Source: Candidatus Zixiibacteriota bacterium
Lineage (GTDB): Bacteria; Zixibacteria; MSB-5A5; GN15; FEB-12
Reading direction: 5' to 3'
Assembly: GCA_041742355.1 (NCBI GenBank)
Contig: JBGSIV010000198.1
Location: forward strand, 1 to 38,209
Length of the DNA stretch: 38,209 nucleotides
The notes under the pieces were generated by a model. It had not been told where the DNA came from. It did no database searches and saw nothing but the letters and a program-made list of their open reading frames with translations. Shown here piece by piece: positions 18,880 through 27,750 of this stretch. A program made the translations under genes and the position numbers. Position 1 is the first letter of the stretch. Each line of letters starts with the position of its first letter.

Positions 18880-20475
18880 CTACAATCCCCCTCCGGTTGT
18901 ATGGAGGAGTATCCCCTTATCGGCGCAGATCCAACCCTCGTCCTCGTCGATGAAGAACACATCCGACAGATCTTCAGTCACGCCACTGGGCTGTACAGAC
19001 CAGGTTTCACCGTCTTCCGTGTACAGGATCGTGCCACCGGTCCCGACCGCCCAACCTCGGGTAGGGCTAACAAAAGCGGCGGCTGCCAGCCGATGGGTCG
19101 TCGGCGGCGTTTGCGGCAGCCATGATTGCCCGCCGTTGGTCGTGTGGAGGATCGTGCCGGTTTCGCCGAAGATCCAGCCGGTCGTCGCGTTTACGAAAAC
19201 CACACACCACAAGTCGAGTCCGGAGGCCAAGCCGACATCGGCCCATGTCTTGCCGGTATCGGCCGTCAAGAGCACCGCGCCGTTGTTGCCCACCACCCAG
19301 CCGTGCGCGGCATCGAGGAAATACACCCCCTTGAGATCATCGGTGACTCCCGACGTCTGATCGGCCCAGTTCTTGCCACCGTCGTTGGTAGCCAGAATCC
19401 GCCCGGCGTTGCCCACCGCCCAGCCGAAGAGGGAATCGACAAACGAAACGTGGTTCAGCGAAAACGGCCCCGGTGCGGAGATGGCAGTGTTCCAGGTGTC
19501 ACCGCCGTTGACGGTGTATACGATAGTCTGCCCGACCGCCCAGCCGTGGAGTTCATCGGTAAACGTGATATCACCGAGCAACGGGTCAAAAATTACACGC
19601 TCCCCGGAAGGCCACGTAGTTCCTCCGTCCAGCGAACGACTGATTTCACCATCGACTTCGCCCCCCGTGAGCAGGCCGGCCGCGAAACCCGTCTGTGCAT
19701 CGGTGAAGTGCAGCCCGCGAAGGCTGTGCGATGCCGCTGTCCCTTCGTTGCCCGTAATCCACGACCGCACCCAGCTCGCCACCACCAGGCGGCAGGGGAC
19801 GTTTATCGGCGCTTCGGCAAGGGGTGCCGTTATTTTGATCGTATCGTAGTACACTCCCGGCTCAAGCGACTGAATGTCCGCCGACACGATGATCGTATCG
19901 GGTGATGTTCCGGCGGTGGCCGAAAGAGTCATCCAGGAAGCCGTTTTGGCGAGGGTGAAGTCGTACGGGGTGGTGCTGACCCCGGCAATAACCAATTCTT
20001 GCGGTTCCGGATTCGGTTCGCCCGATACCGTGAGGAACAATATGCTGTCGGGTTCCACCGCGACCGCGTTGGTCAACGTAAGCATCACCGGAATGGCGAG
20101 GGGGGAGTTCTCGGCGTAGAGTGCTTCCACCCAGATAGTGTCGTAGTAGACGCCAGCCTGCAGGGAGCCGACACTGATGTTCGCCAGAAAGCTATCGGGC
20201 GCCGGTCCGCTGGTCTGACCAAAGAGGCGCAACCAGTTGCTCCCCCCGGCGATACGGGTTGTGTAGGACAGCTGGCCGCTCCCCTCGGTGGTCACAACCA
20301 CCCACTGCGCCGGGGGATTGATACCGAAGGGAATCTCGCGGATCACCGCGTCGGGCGTGACCCGGAGACGGAGCGGATCGGGCGATACCGATTCGTCCCC
20401 ACACCCACCCCAAATGAGCGCCATCGAGGCCGTGCTCAGTGCCAGCAGAATCGTCGCAGTAAGGCGCTTCACCAT
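18880..20475 (-). CDS. Lipoprotein with two BACON-like Ig domains and a YCF48/BNR-repeat beta-propeller
   Basis: Lipobox-like WGGC. Two repeats of ..W[LM].L...G..PD[ST]...L..GVYYDTI. Repeated F.D...GWAVG..G.IL.T.DGG..W units. GAGGAG RBS. Confidence 0.85.
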   Translation of the reverse strand: MVKRLTATILLALSTASMALIWGGCGDESVSPDPLRLRVTPDAVIREIPFGINPPAQWVVVTTEGSGQLSYTTRIAGGSNWLRLFGQTSGPAPDSFLANISVGSLQAGVYYDTIWVEALYAENSPLAIPVMLTLTNAVAVEPDSILFLTVSGEPNPEPQELVIAGVSTTPYDFTLAKTASWMTLSATAGTSPDTIIVSADIQSLEPGVYYDTIKITAPLAEAPINVPCRLVVASWVRSWITGNEGTAASHSLRGLHFTDAQTGFAAGLLTGGEVDGEISRSLDGGTTWPSGERVIFDPLLGDITFTDELHGWAVGQTIVYTVNGGDTWNTAISAPGPFSLNHVSFVDSLFGWAVGNAGRILATNDGGKNWADQTSGVTDDLKGVYFLDAAHGWVVGNNGAVLLTADTGKTWADVGLASGLDLWCVVFVNATTGWIFGETGTILHTTNGGQSWLPQTPPTTHRLAAAAFVSPTRGWAVGTGGTILYTEDGETWSVQPSGVTEDLSDVFFIDEDEGWICADKGILLHTTGGGL

Positions 20476-20674
20476 CGCTGATCTACTCCTCTATTGAAGT
20501 CTCTCCAGTGGGCAAATAGCCTTGGGCAGGGGGCAAAGTCAACAGCCATTTACCCCAACGCCAACCATCCGGAATAATGACGCACACCGTGTTTCTTCTG
20601 TGCAACCGAATTGTCGAATGGCCCGCCAGTGGACAAATCCGGTCGCCGCTGGTTTGGAAAGGGTGATACGCTGA

Positions 20675-20703
20675 TTGACAGGAAGTGGCGTTTCCGCTAT
20701 ATT
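20675..20703 (+). promoter_or_regulatory. Sigma70 promoter of the Omp85-kinase-PAP2 operon
   Basis: TTGACA-N17-TATATT, near consensus. Confidence 0.7.
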
Positions 20704-20734
20704 GGCGGCACGATTCCCGATGGGATCAGAAGAC

Positions 20735-22060
20735 ATGAAGCCCAGACGTCGATTACCGTCCCGCTCGCACTTCTCCGCCCGACTGCACCTGCCGCTTTTT
20801 CTCGCTCTGCTTCTGGCAGCGTCAGTCACGTGGGCGCAGGAGCCAGTCGATTCCGCAATGGTTCGGACTCCCGAACCGCCGCGCAAATCGGTGGGAGATC
20901 GTCTGCTCGACATTCCCGAAGAGCTTCTTCGCCTGCCGATTCGTGCAGTCAAAGGGGTGGTCTACGGGGGCATCGAGGCCGCGAACTCCAGCGCCACGGT
21001 CGCTCGATTGGTCGAAAATGCCTTCTCCCCCGCGCCGATCACCGGCCTTTATCCGGTCGCATCGTATGGCTCCAACTCCGGCCTGGTTGGCGGCCTCGGG
21101 TACCGGAATTTCGACTTGCTGCGAGACGGTGACCGCTTCGATCTTCGGGGATCTTACTCTACCCATCAGTACCAGCGATTCCGCATTCGTTACGAGTCCG
21201 CCCTCCCGCCGAACGATCACCCAGCCTATATCATTACTCTGCAATACCGCAAGCGACCGTGGGAGCATTTTTACGGCCTGGGCAATGATTCCCGGCCGGA
21301 AGATCGAGTCGCCTACACCCTCGAACAGACCGGTCTGGATGCATCGGTCAGGCTCCCGCTCGGAAGCGGGGTGGCCGCGCGGGCGCGTGGCGCCATTACC
21401 GCCGACAACATCTTCGACGGCCAGGCCGACCACCTCGTGACCAACCTCGACATCATCCGCGAGTCCCTGGACCTTGACCGCGATGCCACGCGGAGCACGC
21501 GCTATGTCTCGATAGGCGCCGGCCTCGAACACGATTGGCGAGACACGCTCGGCCGGCCCACGCACGGCGGGATAGAGCGGATTGGCGTGACCTACAATCG
21601 CGGGGTCGGCCGATCTGACGACCTCGAGTTCTTCATCACGGAAGTTGAGATTCAGCATTTTCTGAATGTCTTCAGGAAGCGCACTATTGCCGCCCGACTG
21701 CTGATTCGCGAGGTTGATCGACCCGACCAGGCCCCATCGCTCCCCTTCTACTTGAGGAGCGGTCTCGGCGGCGAGGACGACCTGCGCGGCTTCAGCCGTT
21801 CGCGCTTTGTCGACAACGACCTCGCTCTCCTGACCGTGGAATGGCGGTACCCGGTCTGGCGGGTAGTTGACGGATTCATCTTCGTCGATGAAGCCCGCGT
21901 GTTTTCGTCCTTGCGGGATGATTTCTCCTTCCGCGGTTGGCACTCCTCCGCCGGTATCGGCCTGCGCGTCTGGTCGGAGCGGGCGCTCCATGCCAAGGCG
22001 ATGCTCGCCTTCGGCGAGGAGGAACCACGCCTCTACCTTGACTTAGGAGCGGAGTTCTGA
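20735..22060 (+). CDS. Omp85 (BamA/TamA-family) outer membrane beta-barrel, apparently lacking POTRA domains
   Basis: Signal peptide ending VTWA-Q, amphipathic strands, HDWRD, LRGF motif (DLRGFSRSRFVDN), terminal Phe. Only a short N-terminal region precedes the barrel. Confidence 0.85.
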   Translation: MKPRRRLPSRSHFSARLHLPLFLALLLAASVTWAQEPVDSAMVRTPEPPRKSVGDRLLDIPEELLRLPIRAVKGVVYGGIEAANSSATVARLVENAFSPAPITGLYPVASYGSNSGLVGGLGYRNFDLLRDGDRFDLRGSYSTHQYQRFRIRYESALPPNDHPAYIITLQYRKRPWEHFYGLGNDSRPEDRVAYTLEQTGLDASVRLPLGSGVAARARGAITADNIFDGQADHLVTNLDIIRESLDLDRDATRSTRYVSIGAGLEHDWRDTLGRPTHGGIERIGVTYNRGVGRSDDLEFFITEVEIQHFLNVFRKRTIAARLLIREVDRPDQAPSLPFYLRSGLGGEDDLRGFSRSRFVDNDLALLTVEWRYPVWRVVDGFIFVDEARVFSSLRDDFSFRGWHSSAGIGLRVWSERALHAKAMLAFGEEEPRLYLDLGAEF

Positions 22061-23796
22061 TGCGGCGGCGGCATCTCCCATTCTTACTCGGCACTATTGC
22101 CGCCTTGAGCCTCATGGCGCTGGCGGCAGGCTGCGGCGCCCCGCGACCGCAGCTACGACCGGAGGGCCCGTACTGGATCGACGCCGACACGCGCGATATC
22201 CCCGAGCCAGCAGGTGCTGACCCGCGGCTGGCGTGGCAGACGATCGACCGGACCGTTTTCAATCAGCTCGAGCAGTACGCCGATATCGAACGGGACGTTC
22301 GCATTATCCTCGGCGACCGCGAGGAGGCCTGGAACATCAATGCGGTGGACGAGGTGCCGGATTGCTCCTGGTTCACCAACCGCCATGGCTTGCATCGGAT
22401 GAGTCCCGACGAGATCCGACGGGGCGTCAGCCTGACCGGCGGCCCGGACACTACCGGCCCCTGGACGCTGTTCCGCCCGAAAGTCGGCGGCAAGACTCCC
22501 GGCTTCCGGGTCGAGGATCCTCGGGGCAAGCAGTATATCATCAAATTCGACCCGGTGGACAACCCCGAGCTGGCTACCGCCGCCGGGGCGATGGGGGCAC
22601 GATACTTCCACGCCGCCGGCTACAATGTCCCGGAGGAGACGATTGTCTTCTGGCGGCCGGAACAACTGCGCATCCGCGATGGCCTCGCATTCACCGACCG
22701 AAGCGGTATTCGGCGTCCGTTCACTTCCCAGGATTTGCAGGACATCCTGAAGCGGGTCCGCCGCGAACCCGACGGTCGCATCCGCTCCCTTGCGTCGCTG
22801 GCATTGCCCAATGTCAAGGGCCCGTTCAGCTATACCGGCACGCGTGCCGACGACCCCAACGACTGGTGCCGCCACGAGCACCGCCGCGAACTGCGCGGGC
22901 TCTATGTCATTGCTTCGCTCATCAACCACTACGATCTGAAGGACCAGAACTCGTTGGATTGTTATGTCGAGGAGGATGGCCGGTGCTTCCTCAGGCATTA
23001 CCTGATCGATTTCGGCTCGACTTTCGGCTCCAACGGGGATCGACCCAAGGAACCGCTCGTCGGTTATGCCAACGGATTCGATCTGCGCGATGCGATCGTA
23101 TCGATGGTTACGCTCGGCCTGTGGACCTGGCCTTGGGAGAAGGCGCGACCGTACGAGTACCCATCAATCGGCTACTTCGAGTCGCAGATTTTCCGGCCGC
23201 ACAAATTCGACGCCGTCGTTCCGAACCCGGCGCTCGAGAATATGACGAGCCGCGATGCTTACTGGGGAGCCAAAATCGTCATGGCCTTCCGCGACGACGA
23301 CATCAGGGCTATCGTCGACGCCGGGCAGTACTCCGATGCGGCCGCCGCCGACTATCTGCTGCGGACCCTGATCGAGCGGCGAGACAAGATCGGCCGCCAC
23401 TGGTTCGCCAAAGTGAATCCGCTCGACAACTTCATGGTTACCGATGGTTCACAAGGACTGCTGATCGCGTTCGACGACCTTGCGGTGAAATATGACCTTG
23501 AGTCAAGCCATGGCACCCGGTACCGTCATTTCCTGTATCATAACGGCAAACGTCTCGCCCAACCAACTCCGGGAACCGAACGCGTGATCCGGGTGCCTGA
23601 CTCACTGCTGCAGGTGATCTCCAGTCGAGTTGGTGCCGCCGAAGAACCGGAGTCCGGGAATCATCTCGTCCGCATCGATATCCAATCAAAACGCGGGGAT
23701 CAGGGCTGGAGCAAACCGGTTCGCCTGTGGTTATGGCATCAACCCGAGGCATCCGATGCAAGGTTGCGACTGGTCGGAGTGGAGCACATCGATTGA
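22060..23796 (+). CDS. Lipoprotein with predicted atypical (HipA/PI3K/CotH-like) kinase fold
   Basis: Lipobox LAAGC. Motifs GGKTPG, YIIKFD, PELAT, NHYDLKDQN, LIDFG appear in kinase order. TGATG overlap with the upstream gene. Confidence 0.75.
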   Translation: MRRRHLPFLLGTIAALSLMALAAGCGAPRPQLRPEGPYWIDADTRDIPEPAGADPRLAWQTIDRTVFNQLEQYADIERDVRIILGDREEAWNINAVDEVPDCSWFTNRHGLHRMSPDEIRRGVSLTGGPDTTGPWTLFRPKVGGKTPGFRVEDPRGKQYIIKFDPVDNPELATAAGAMGARYFHAAGYNVPEETIVFWRPEQLRIRDGLAFTDRSGIRRPFTSQDLQDILKRVRREPDGRIRSLASLALPNVKGPFSYTGTRADDPNDWCRHEHRRELRGLYVIASLINHYDLKDQNSLDCYVEEDGRCFLRHYLIDFGSTFGSNGDRPKEPLVGYANGFDLRDAIVSMVTLGLWTWPWEKARPYEYPSIGYFESQIFRPHKFDAVVPNPALENMTSRDAYWGAKIVMAFRDDDIRAIVDAGQYSDAAAADYLLRTLIERRDKIGRHWFAKVNPLDNFMVTDGSQGLLIAFDDLAVKYDLESSHGTRYRHFLYHNGKRLAQPTPGTERVIRVPDSLLQVISSRVGAAEEPESGNHLVRIDIQSKRGDQGWSKPVRLWLWHQPEASDARLRLVGVEHID

Positions 23797-24641
23797 TGCG
23801 GATTCGCTCCATAGTCATTTCGCTGCTGGTCATCGCGACAGTCTGCTCGACCGCGGCTGCCCAGAATGACCCGGATTACCTCGAATTCGAGGAACTGGCC
23901 GCCATTGGCGCCGGATCATTCGCTTTGTTCGGAGCGGGGAAATTGCTGAACCAATGGGATTCGACCTACCCCTCCCGCTGGACCGGTCCGCTTCCGGGTG
24001 AGCCGGCGATTCAGCGCTGGCTTGGGGGATCGTACTATCCCGGTAAGAGCAACTTCCTCGATGGCGACTTCGGGTCGGCTCTCACGCCAATTATCGGCGG
24101 ACTCATTATCGGTGCAGCCGACCTCAAATGGCCCGCCTCCAAGCGAGGCAAGGACTTCGGACAGGATCTCTATGTTTACGGCTGCGGGCTCCTGGCCACC
24201 AAGGGGCTTACCGCAATCGCCAAAGGGTTCATCGCCCGTCCCCGCCCGCTTCTGGTTCTCCACCCGGATCTGGCGGCGACACGCACCGACCGCGATGATC
24301 GTTACGATCGCCAGGCGTTCTTCTCCGGCCATGCCTCCAGCGCGTTCTTCTCGATGACCTACGCCAACAAGCGGGTGCGCGGCACGATGCGACGGGTAAT
24401 GACCGCCGACTCCTACCGCGACTGGCGCTGGCTGCCGCCGATCCTGTCGTACGGCTGGGCGACCTTTGTGGGCTGGTCCCGGATCCACGCCTACAAGCAC
24501 TTTATAAGCGATGTCGCGGTCGGAGCGCTTGCGGGGTGGGTTATGGCCGAGCTGTTTTACTACTTCGGTGACCGCAGCTATGACGACTCTGTAAACGACT
24601 CTCGGGCCCCGGCCATGTTCACGTTGACTATTCCGTTCTGA
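23796..24641 (+). CDS. Exported PAP2-family phosphatase
   Basis: Signal peptide ending AAA-Q. PAP2 motifs KGFIARPRP, FSGH, SRIHAYKHFISD. TGATG overlap. Confidence 0.88.
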   Translation: MRIRSIVISLLVIATVCSTAAAQNDPDYLEFEELAAIGAGSFALFGAGKLLNQWDSTYPSRWTGPLPGEPAIQRWLGGSYYPGKSNFLDGDFGSALTPIIGGLIIGAADLKWPASKRGKDFGQDLYVYGCGLLATKGLTAIAKGFIARPRPLLVLHPDLAATRTDRDDRYDRQAFFSGHASSAFFSMTYANKRVRGTMRRVMTADSYRDWRWLPPILSYGWATFVGWSRIHAYKHFISDVAVGALAGWVMAELFYYFGDRSYDDSVNDSRAPAMFTLTIPF

Positions 24642-24701
24642 CTATCGTTCTCATCGACAAACGCCAATCCCTCACTGCCGCTGCAGCGATGTATTTCCAG
24701 A

Positions 24702-24730
24702 TTGCTCCAATCCCTGAACAGTGCTATTAT
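24702..24730 (+). promoter_or_regulatory. Putative promoter of the ZIP transporter
   Basis: TTGCTC-N17-TATTAT with an extended -10 TG. Confidence 0.55.
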
Positions 24731-24787
24731 CACCTGTCCCCGCGTGGCGGGGCTTAGAATAACCGTACAAACCGGTGGAGACACACC

Positions 24788-25606
24788 ATGGATCTGGGCA
24801 ACTGGTTTACCGATCTCTCGCCGATCATTCAGGCTCTATTGGCCACGCTGTTCACCTGGGGAGTCACCGCCCTCGGGGCGGCCGCCGTGTTCACCACCCG
24901 AAACCCGAACCGCAAGGTGCTCGACGGCATGCTGGGATTTGCTGCCGGCGTCATGATTGCCGCAAGCTACTGGTCGCTCCTCGCCCCGGCGATCGCCATG
25001 TCGGAGGGGGGCAGCATGCCATCGTGGTTCCCAGCGCTGGTCGGTTTTCTCATGGGCGCCGTTTTTCTGCGCGGGCTCGACATGACCCTCCCCCACCTCC
25101 ACCTGTTCGAAGAGGTTGGGCACGCCGAGGGGATTAAGACCCGCTGGCACAAGACGACGCTCCTGGTGCTGGCGATCACGCTCCACAACATACCTGAGGG
25201 CCTCGCGGTCGGCATTGCTTTCGGTGCGGTTGCGGTCGGCATGGATTCAGCCACGCTGGGCGGGGCGATCGCGCTGGCGATCGGCATCGGCCTGCAGAAT
25301 TTCCCGGAGGGCGCGGCAGTCTCGATGCCGCTGCGGCGCGAAGGGCTCTCTCGCGGGAAGGCCTTCTGGTACGGTCAGATTTCCGGAATGGTCGAACCTT
25401 TGGCCGGCATGGCCGGCGCCGCCCTCGTGCTTATCGCCCAGCCGATTCTTCCCTATGCTCTCGCCTTTGCGGCCGGCGCCATGATCTTCGTTGTCGTGGA
25501 AGAAGTCATTCCTGAATCCCAGTCCGGCGGCCATCCGCACGCCGCCACCCTCGGCGCCATGCTCGGTTTCGCGGTCATGATGACCCTTGATGTCGCCCTC
25601 GGTTAG
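24788..25606 (+). CDS. ZIP family metal transporter (GufA/ZupT-like)
   Basis: [47 protein letters not shown]. Confidence 0.95.
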   Translation: MDLGNWFTDLSPIIQALLATLFTWGVTALGAAAVFTTRNPNRKVLDGMLGFAAGVMIAASYWSLLAPAIAMSEGGSMPSWFPALVGFLMGAVFLRGLDMTLPHLHLFEEVGHAEGIKTRWHKTTLLVLAITLHNIPEGLAVGIAFGAVAVGMDSATLGGAIALAIGIGLQNFPEGAAVSMPLRREGLSRGKAFWYGQISGMVEPLAGMAGAALVLIAQPILPYALAFAAGAMIFVVVEEVIPESQSGGHPHAATLGAMLGFAVMMTLDVALG

Positions 25607-25636
25607 CCTGGCTCTGCCCCCCAATCCCCCGACCAC

Positions 25637-25670
25637 AAAAAAGAAAGGCAGGATCCTACGGATCCTGCCT
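25637..25670 (-). terminator. Rho-independent terminator of the small Lys/Ala-rich gene
   Basis: AGGCAGGATCC-N3-GGATCCTGCCT followed by TTCTTTTTT on the minus strand. Confidence 0.85.
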
Positions 25671-25690
25671 GCAAGTCCGAATAGTCGAAA

Positions 25691-25777
25691 CTATTTCTTC
25701 TTGCCGCCCTTTGCCGGGGCCTTCTTGGTGGCCGTCTTCTTGGCGGCCTTCTTCGGGGCGGCTTTCTTTGCTGGCAT
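25691..25777 (-). CDS. 28-aa histone-H1-like Lys/Ala/Pro-rich peptide (MPAKKAAPKKAAKKTATKKAPAKGGKKK)
   Basis: ATG at 25777 with AAGGAG 7 nt upstream, TAG stop, GC3-biased codons (AAG, GCC), own promoter and terminator. Shorter than any ORF in the supplied track. Confidence 0.8.
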   Translation of the reverse strand: MPAKKAAPKKAAKKTATKKAPAKGGKKK

Positions 25778-25952
25778 GGCTGAGCTCCTTCGTTAGATGG
25801 TGGTTTGAAGTCTCCTCGTCTTACCGAGGATTCCTTGCCCTATGGCCAGCCGGCTCTGGTTCTCAGCCTCCGGCGGCCCTATGGCCTTTCCTTCCTTGAT
25901 CGGGAAGCGTTGCTTCGTGCACTGCGCTTTTCCTGATCGCTTGCATGCCGCA

Positions 25953-25982
25953 AGTATAAAATTGTTTAATATTTTTTGTAAA
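25953..25982 (-). promoter_or_regulatory. Sigma70 promoter of the small basic peptide gene
   Basis: TTTACA-N18-TATACT on the minus strand, in an AT-rich tract. Confidence 0.65.
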
Positions 25983-26136
25983 GAATTGTTATCGCAAATT
26001 GGCCCAATTCGCAAAATTTTTTTTGACACTCGCCGGGGCCGGGCTCCGGCCGTTACCCGTTTGGCCCCCACCGGAGTCGGTGCACGGACCATGGTCGCGT
26101 CGGCCCACCGCAGGATCCGACCGGCGAACTCGGAGA

Positions 26137-26165
26137 TTGATTAATCTGGCCCGATCGGTTATACT
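26137..26165 (+). promoter_or_regulatory. Putative promoter of the ferritin-like gene
   Basis: TTGATT-N17-TATACT. Confidence 0.6.
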
Positions 26166-26237
26166 CACTGCCACGAAGAGAAAAACAGACAGTCGCGGGC
26201 CGGCGTCGCACGGCGAGGTTCGCCAGAGGAGGAACAG

Positions 26238-26690
26238 ATGAAGCTCAACAGCGTCCGGGAAATTCTCGAGTTCGCGATTCAGAAAGAACAGGAAGCCGCC
26301 GACTTCTACACCGATCTCGCCAACCGGGTCTCGCGACCCGGCATGAAAAGCGTATTCCAGGGATTCGCCCGGGAAGAGATGGGTCACAAGGCCAAGCTCG
26401 AGGCGGTCAAGGCCGGCAACCGGATGCTCACGTCCGAGCAGAAAATCCTCGATCTAAAAATCGGCGACCATCTCGCCGATATCGACCTCAAGCCGGATAT
26501 GGGCTACCAGGAGGCGCTAATTGTTGCCATGAAGGCCGAGAAGAACGCCTTCATTCTCTATTCCAATCTGGCCTCAGCCACCGATGACCCCGGCCTGCGC
26601 GACATGCTCCTCAGCCTCGCCCAGGAGGAGGCCAAGCATAAGCTCCGTTTCGAAGTCGAGTACGACGATCAGATCCTGACCGAGAACTGA
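26238..26690 (+). CDS. Ferritin-like (rubrerythrin diiron domain) protein
   Basis: AIQKE..A..FY, EE.GH, AMKAE, EEAKH diiron ligands. No rubredoxin tail. GAGGAGG RBS. Confidence 0.92.
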   Translation: MKLNSVREILEFAIQKEQEAADFYTDLANRVSRPGMKSVFQGFAREEMGHKAKLEAVKAGNRMLTSEQKILDLKIGDHLADIDLKPDMGYQEALIVAMKAEKNAFILYSNLASATDDPGLRDMLLSLAQEEAKHKLRFEVEYDDQILTEN

Positions 26691-26716
26691 GCGGTTCGGT
26701 TCAGTAAACGATACAG

Positions 26717-26746
26717 AAGCGGGCCGTTGACAAACGGCCCGTTTTT
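26717..26746. terminator. Terminator between the ferritin-like gene and hemB
   Basis: GCGGGCCGTT-GACA-AACGGCCCGT followed by TTTT. Confidence 0.8.
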
Positions 26747-26775
26747 CTGGTCAGCGCATACCTCCAGCGTCGTTG

Positions 26776-27750
26776 CTACTCGGCCAGCCATCGCGCCACC
26801 TGCGGCGCATGGTACGAGAGGATGATGTCCGCCCCCGCCCGTTTGATCGCGGTCAGGATCTCCATCGTCAGCACCCGCTCGTCGGCAATCCCCCGCTCGG
26901 CCGCCAGTTTAACCATCGTATACTCGCCGCTCACATTGTACGCCGCCACCGGCAGGTGGACCTTCTGGCGCACTTCTTTGATGATGTCGAGGTACGCCAA
27001 CGCCGGCTTGACCATGACGATATCCGCTCCCTCAGCGATATCCAGTGCCACCTCGCGCAGCGCCTCCTGGCTGTTGGCGGCATCCATCTGGTAGCTCCGA
27101 CGGTCCCCGAACTGCGGGGTGGACCCGGCCGCCTCGCGGAACGGTCCGTAGAATGCCGAGGCATACTTGGCCGAGTAGGCCATGATAGGGGTCATGCCGT
27201 GGCCGGAGTTGTCCAGCGCCCGGCGGATCCGTCCCACCCGGCCGTCCATCATGTCGCTGGGCGCCACCAAATCGGCCCCCGCCTCGGCATGGCTCACCGC
27301 CTGCGCCGCCAGTATCTCCAGCGTTTCGTCGTTCTTTACCATACCGTCGCGGATCACGCCGCAGTGGCCGTGATCGGTGTACTCGCACAGGCAGACATCA
27401 GTCACCACCAAGAGATCCGGCACCCCCGCCTTGATTTCACGGATTGCTCGCTGGATGATCCCGTCGTTCTTGAGCGAGGACGAGCCTGAGGCGTCTTTCT
27501 TCGTGGGCGTGCCGAAGAGAATCACCGCCGGAATGCCTAGCTCGAACGCCCGCTTCGCCTCGGTCACCGCCTCGGGAATCGGGAAATTGAATATGCCCGG
27601 CATGCTGGCGATCGGAGTCGCCTTATCGACTACTTCACTGACAAAGATCGGGTAGATGAAGTTATCCGGGGACAGGCTGGTCTCCCGGACCAAGCGACGG
27701 AGTGTCGGTGTGCGGCGAAGGCGGCGCGGGCGTTGTGTCGGAAAACTCAT
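26776..27750 (-). CDS. hemB: Porphobilinogen synthase (Zn-type)
   Basis: RPRRLR, DVCLCEYTDHGHCG, APSDMMDGR, MVKPAL.YLD, YNVSGEY. Confidence 0.99.
   Translation of the reverse strand: MSFPTQRPRRLRRTPTLRRLVRETSLSPDNFIYPIFVSEVVDKATPIASMPGIFNFPIPEAVTEAKRAFELGIPAVILFGTPTKKDASGSSSLKNDGIIQRAIREIKAGVPDLLVVTDVCLCEYTDHGHCGVIRDGMVKNDETLEILAAQAVSHAEAGADLVAPSDMMDGRVGRIRRALDNSGHGMTPIMAYSAKYASAFYGPFREAAGSTPQFGDRRSYQMDAANSQEALREVALDIAEGADIVMVKPALAYLDIIKEVRQKVHLPVAAYNVSGEYTMVKLAAERGIADERVLTMEILTAIKRAGADIILSYHAPQVARWLAE

Noticed and set aside
20509..20550. GGGCAAA...GCAAAGTC resembling a c-di-GMP-I riboswitch
   Set aside because: No GNRA-capped stem or 3' closing strand, and it lies upstream of the predicted promoter.
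22233..23495. 420-aa alternative-frame ORF inside the kinase gene
   Set aside because: Arg/Pro-rich off-frame composition; the overlapping frame has clear motifs and coupling to both neighbours.
25950..26030. AT-rich tract as a Rex/Fur/PerR box or replication origin
   Set aside because: Only partial matches and no DnaA-box cluster; better explained as the promoter and UP element of the small peptide gene.
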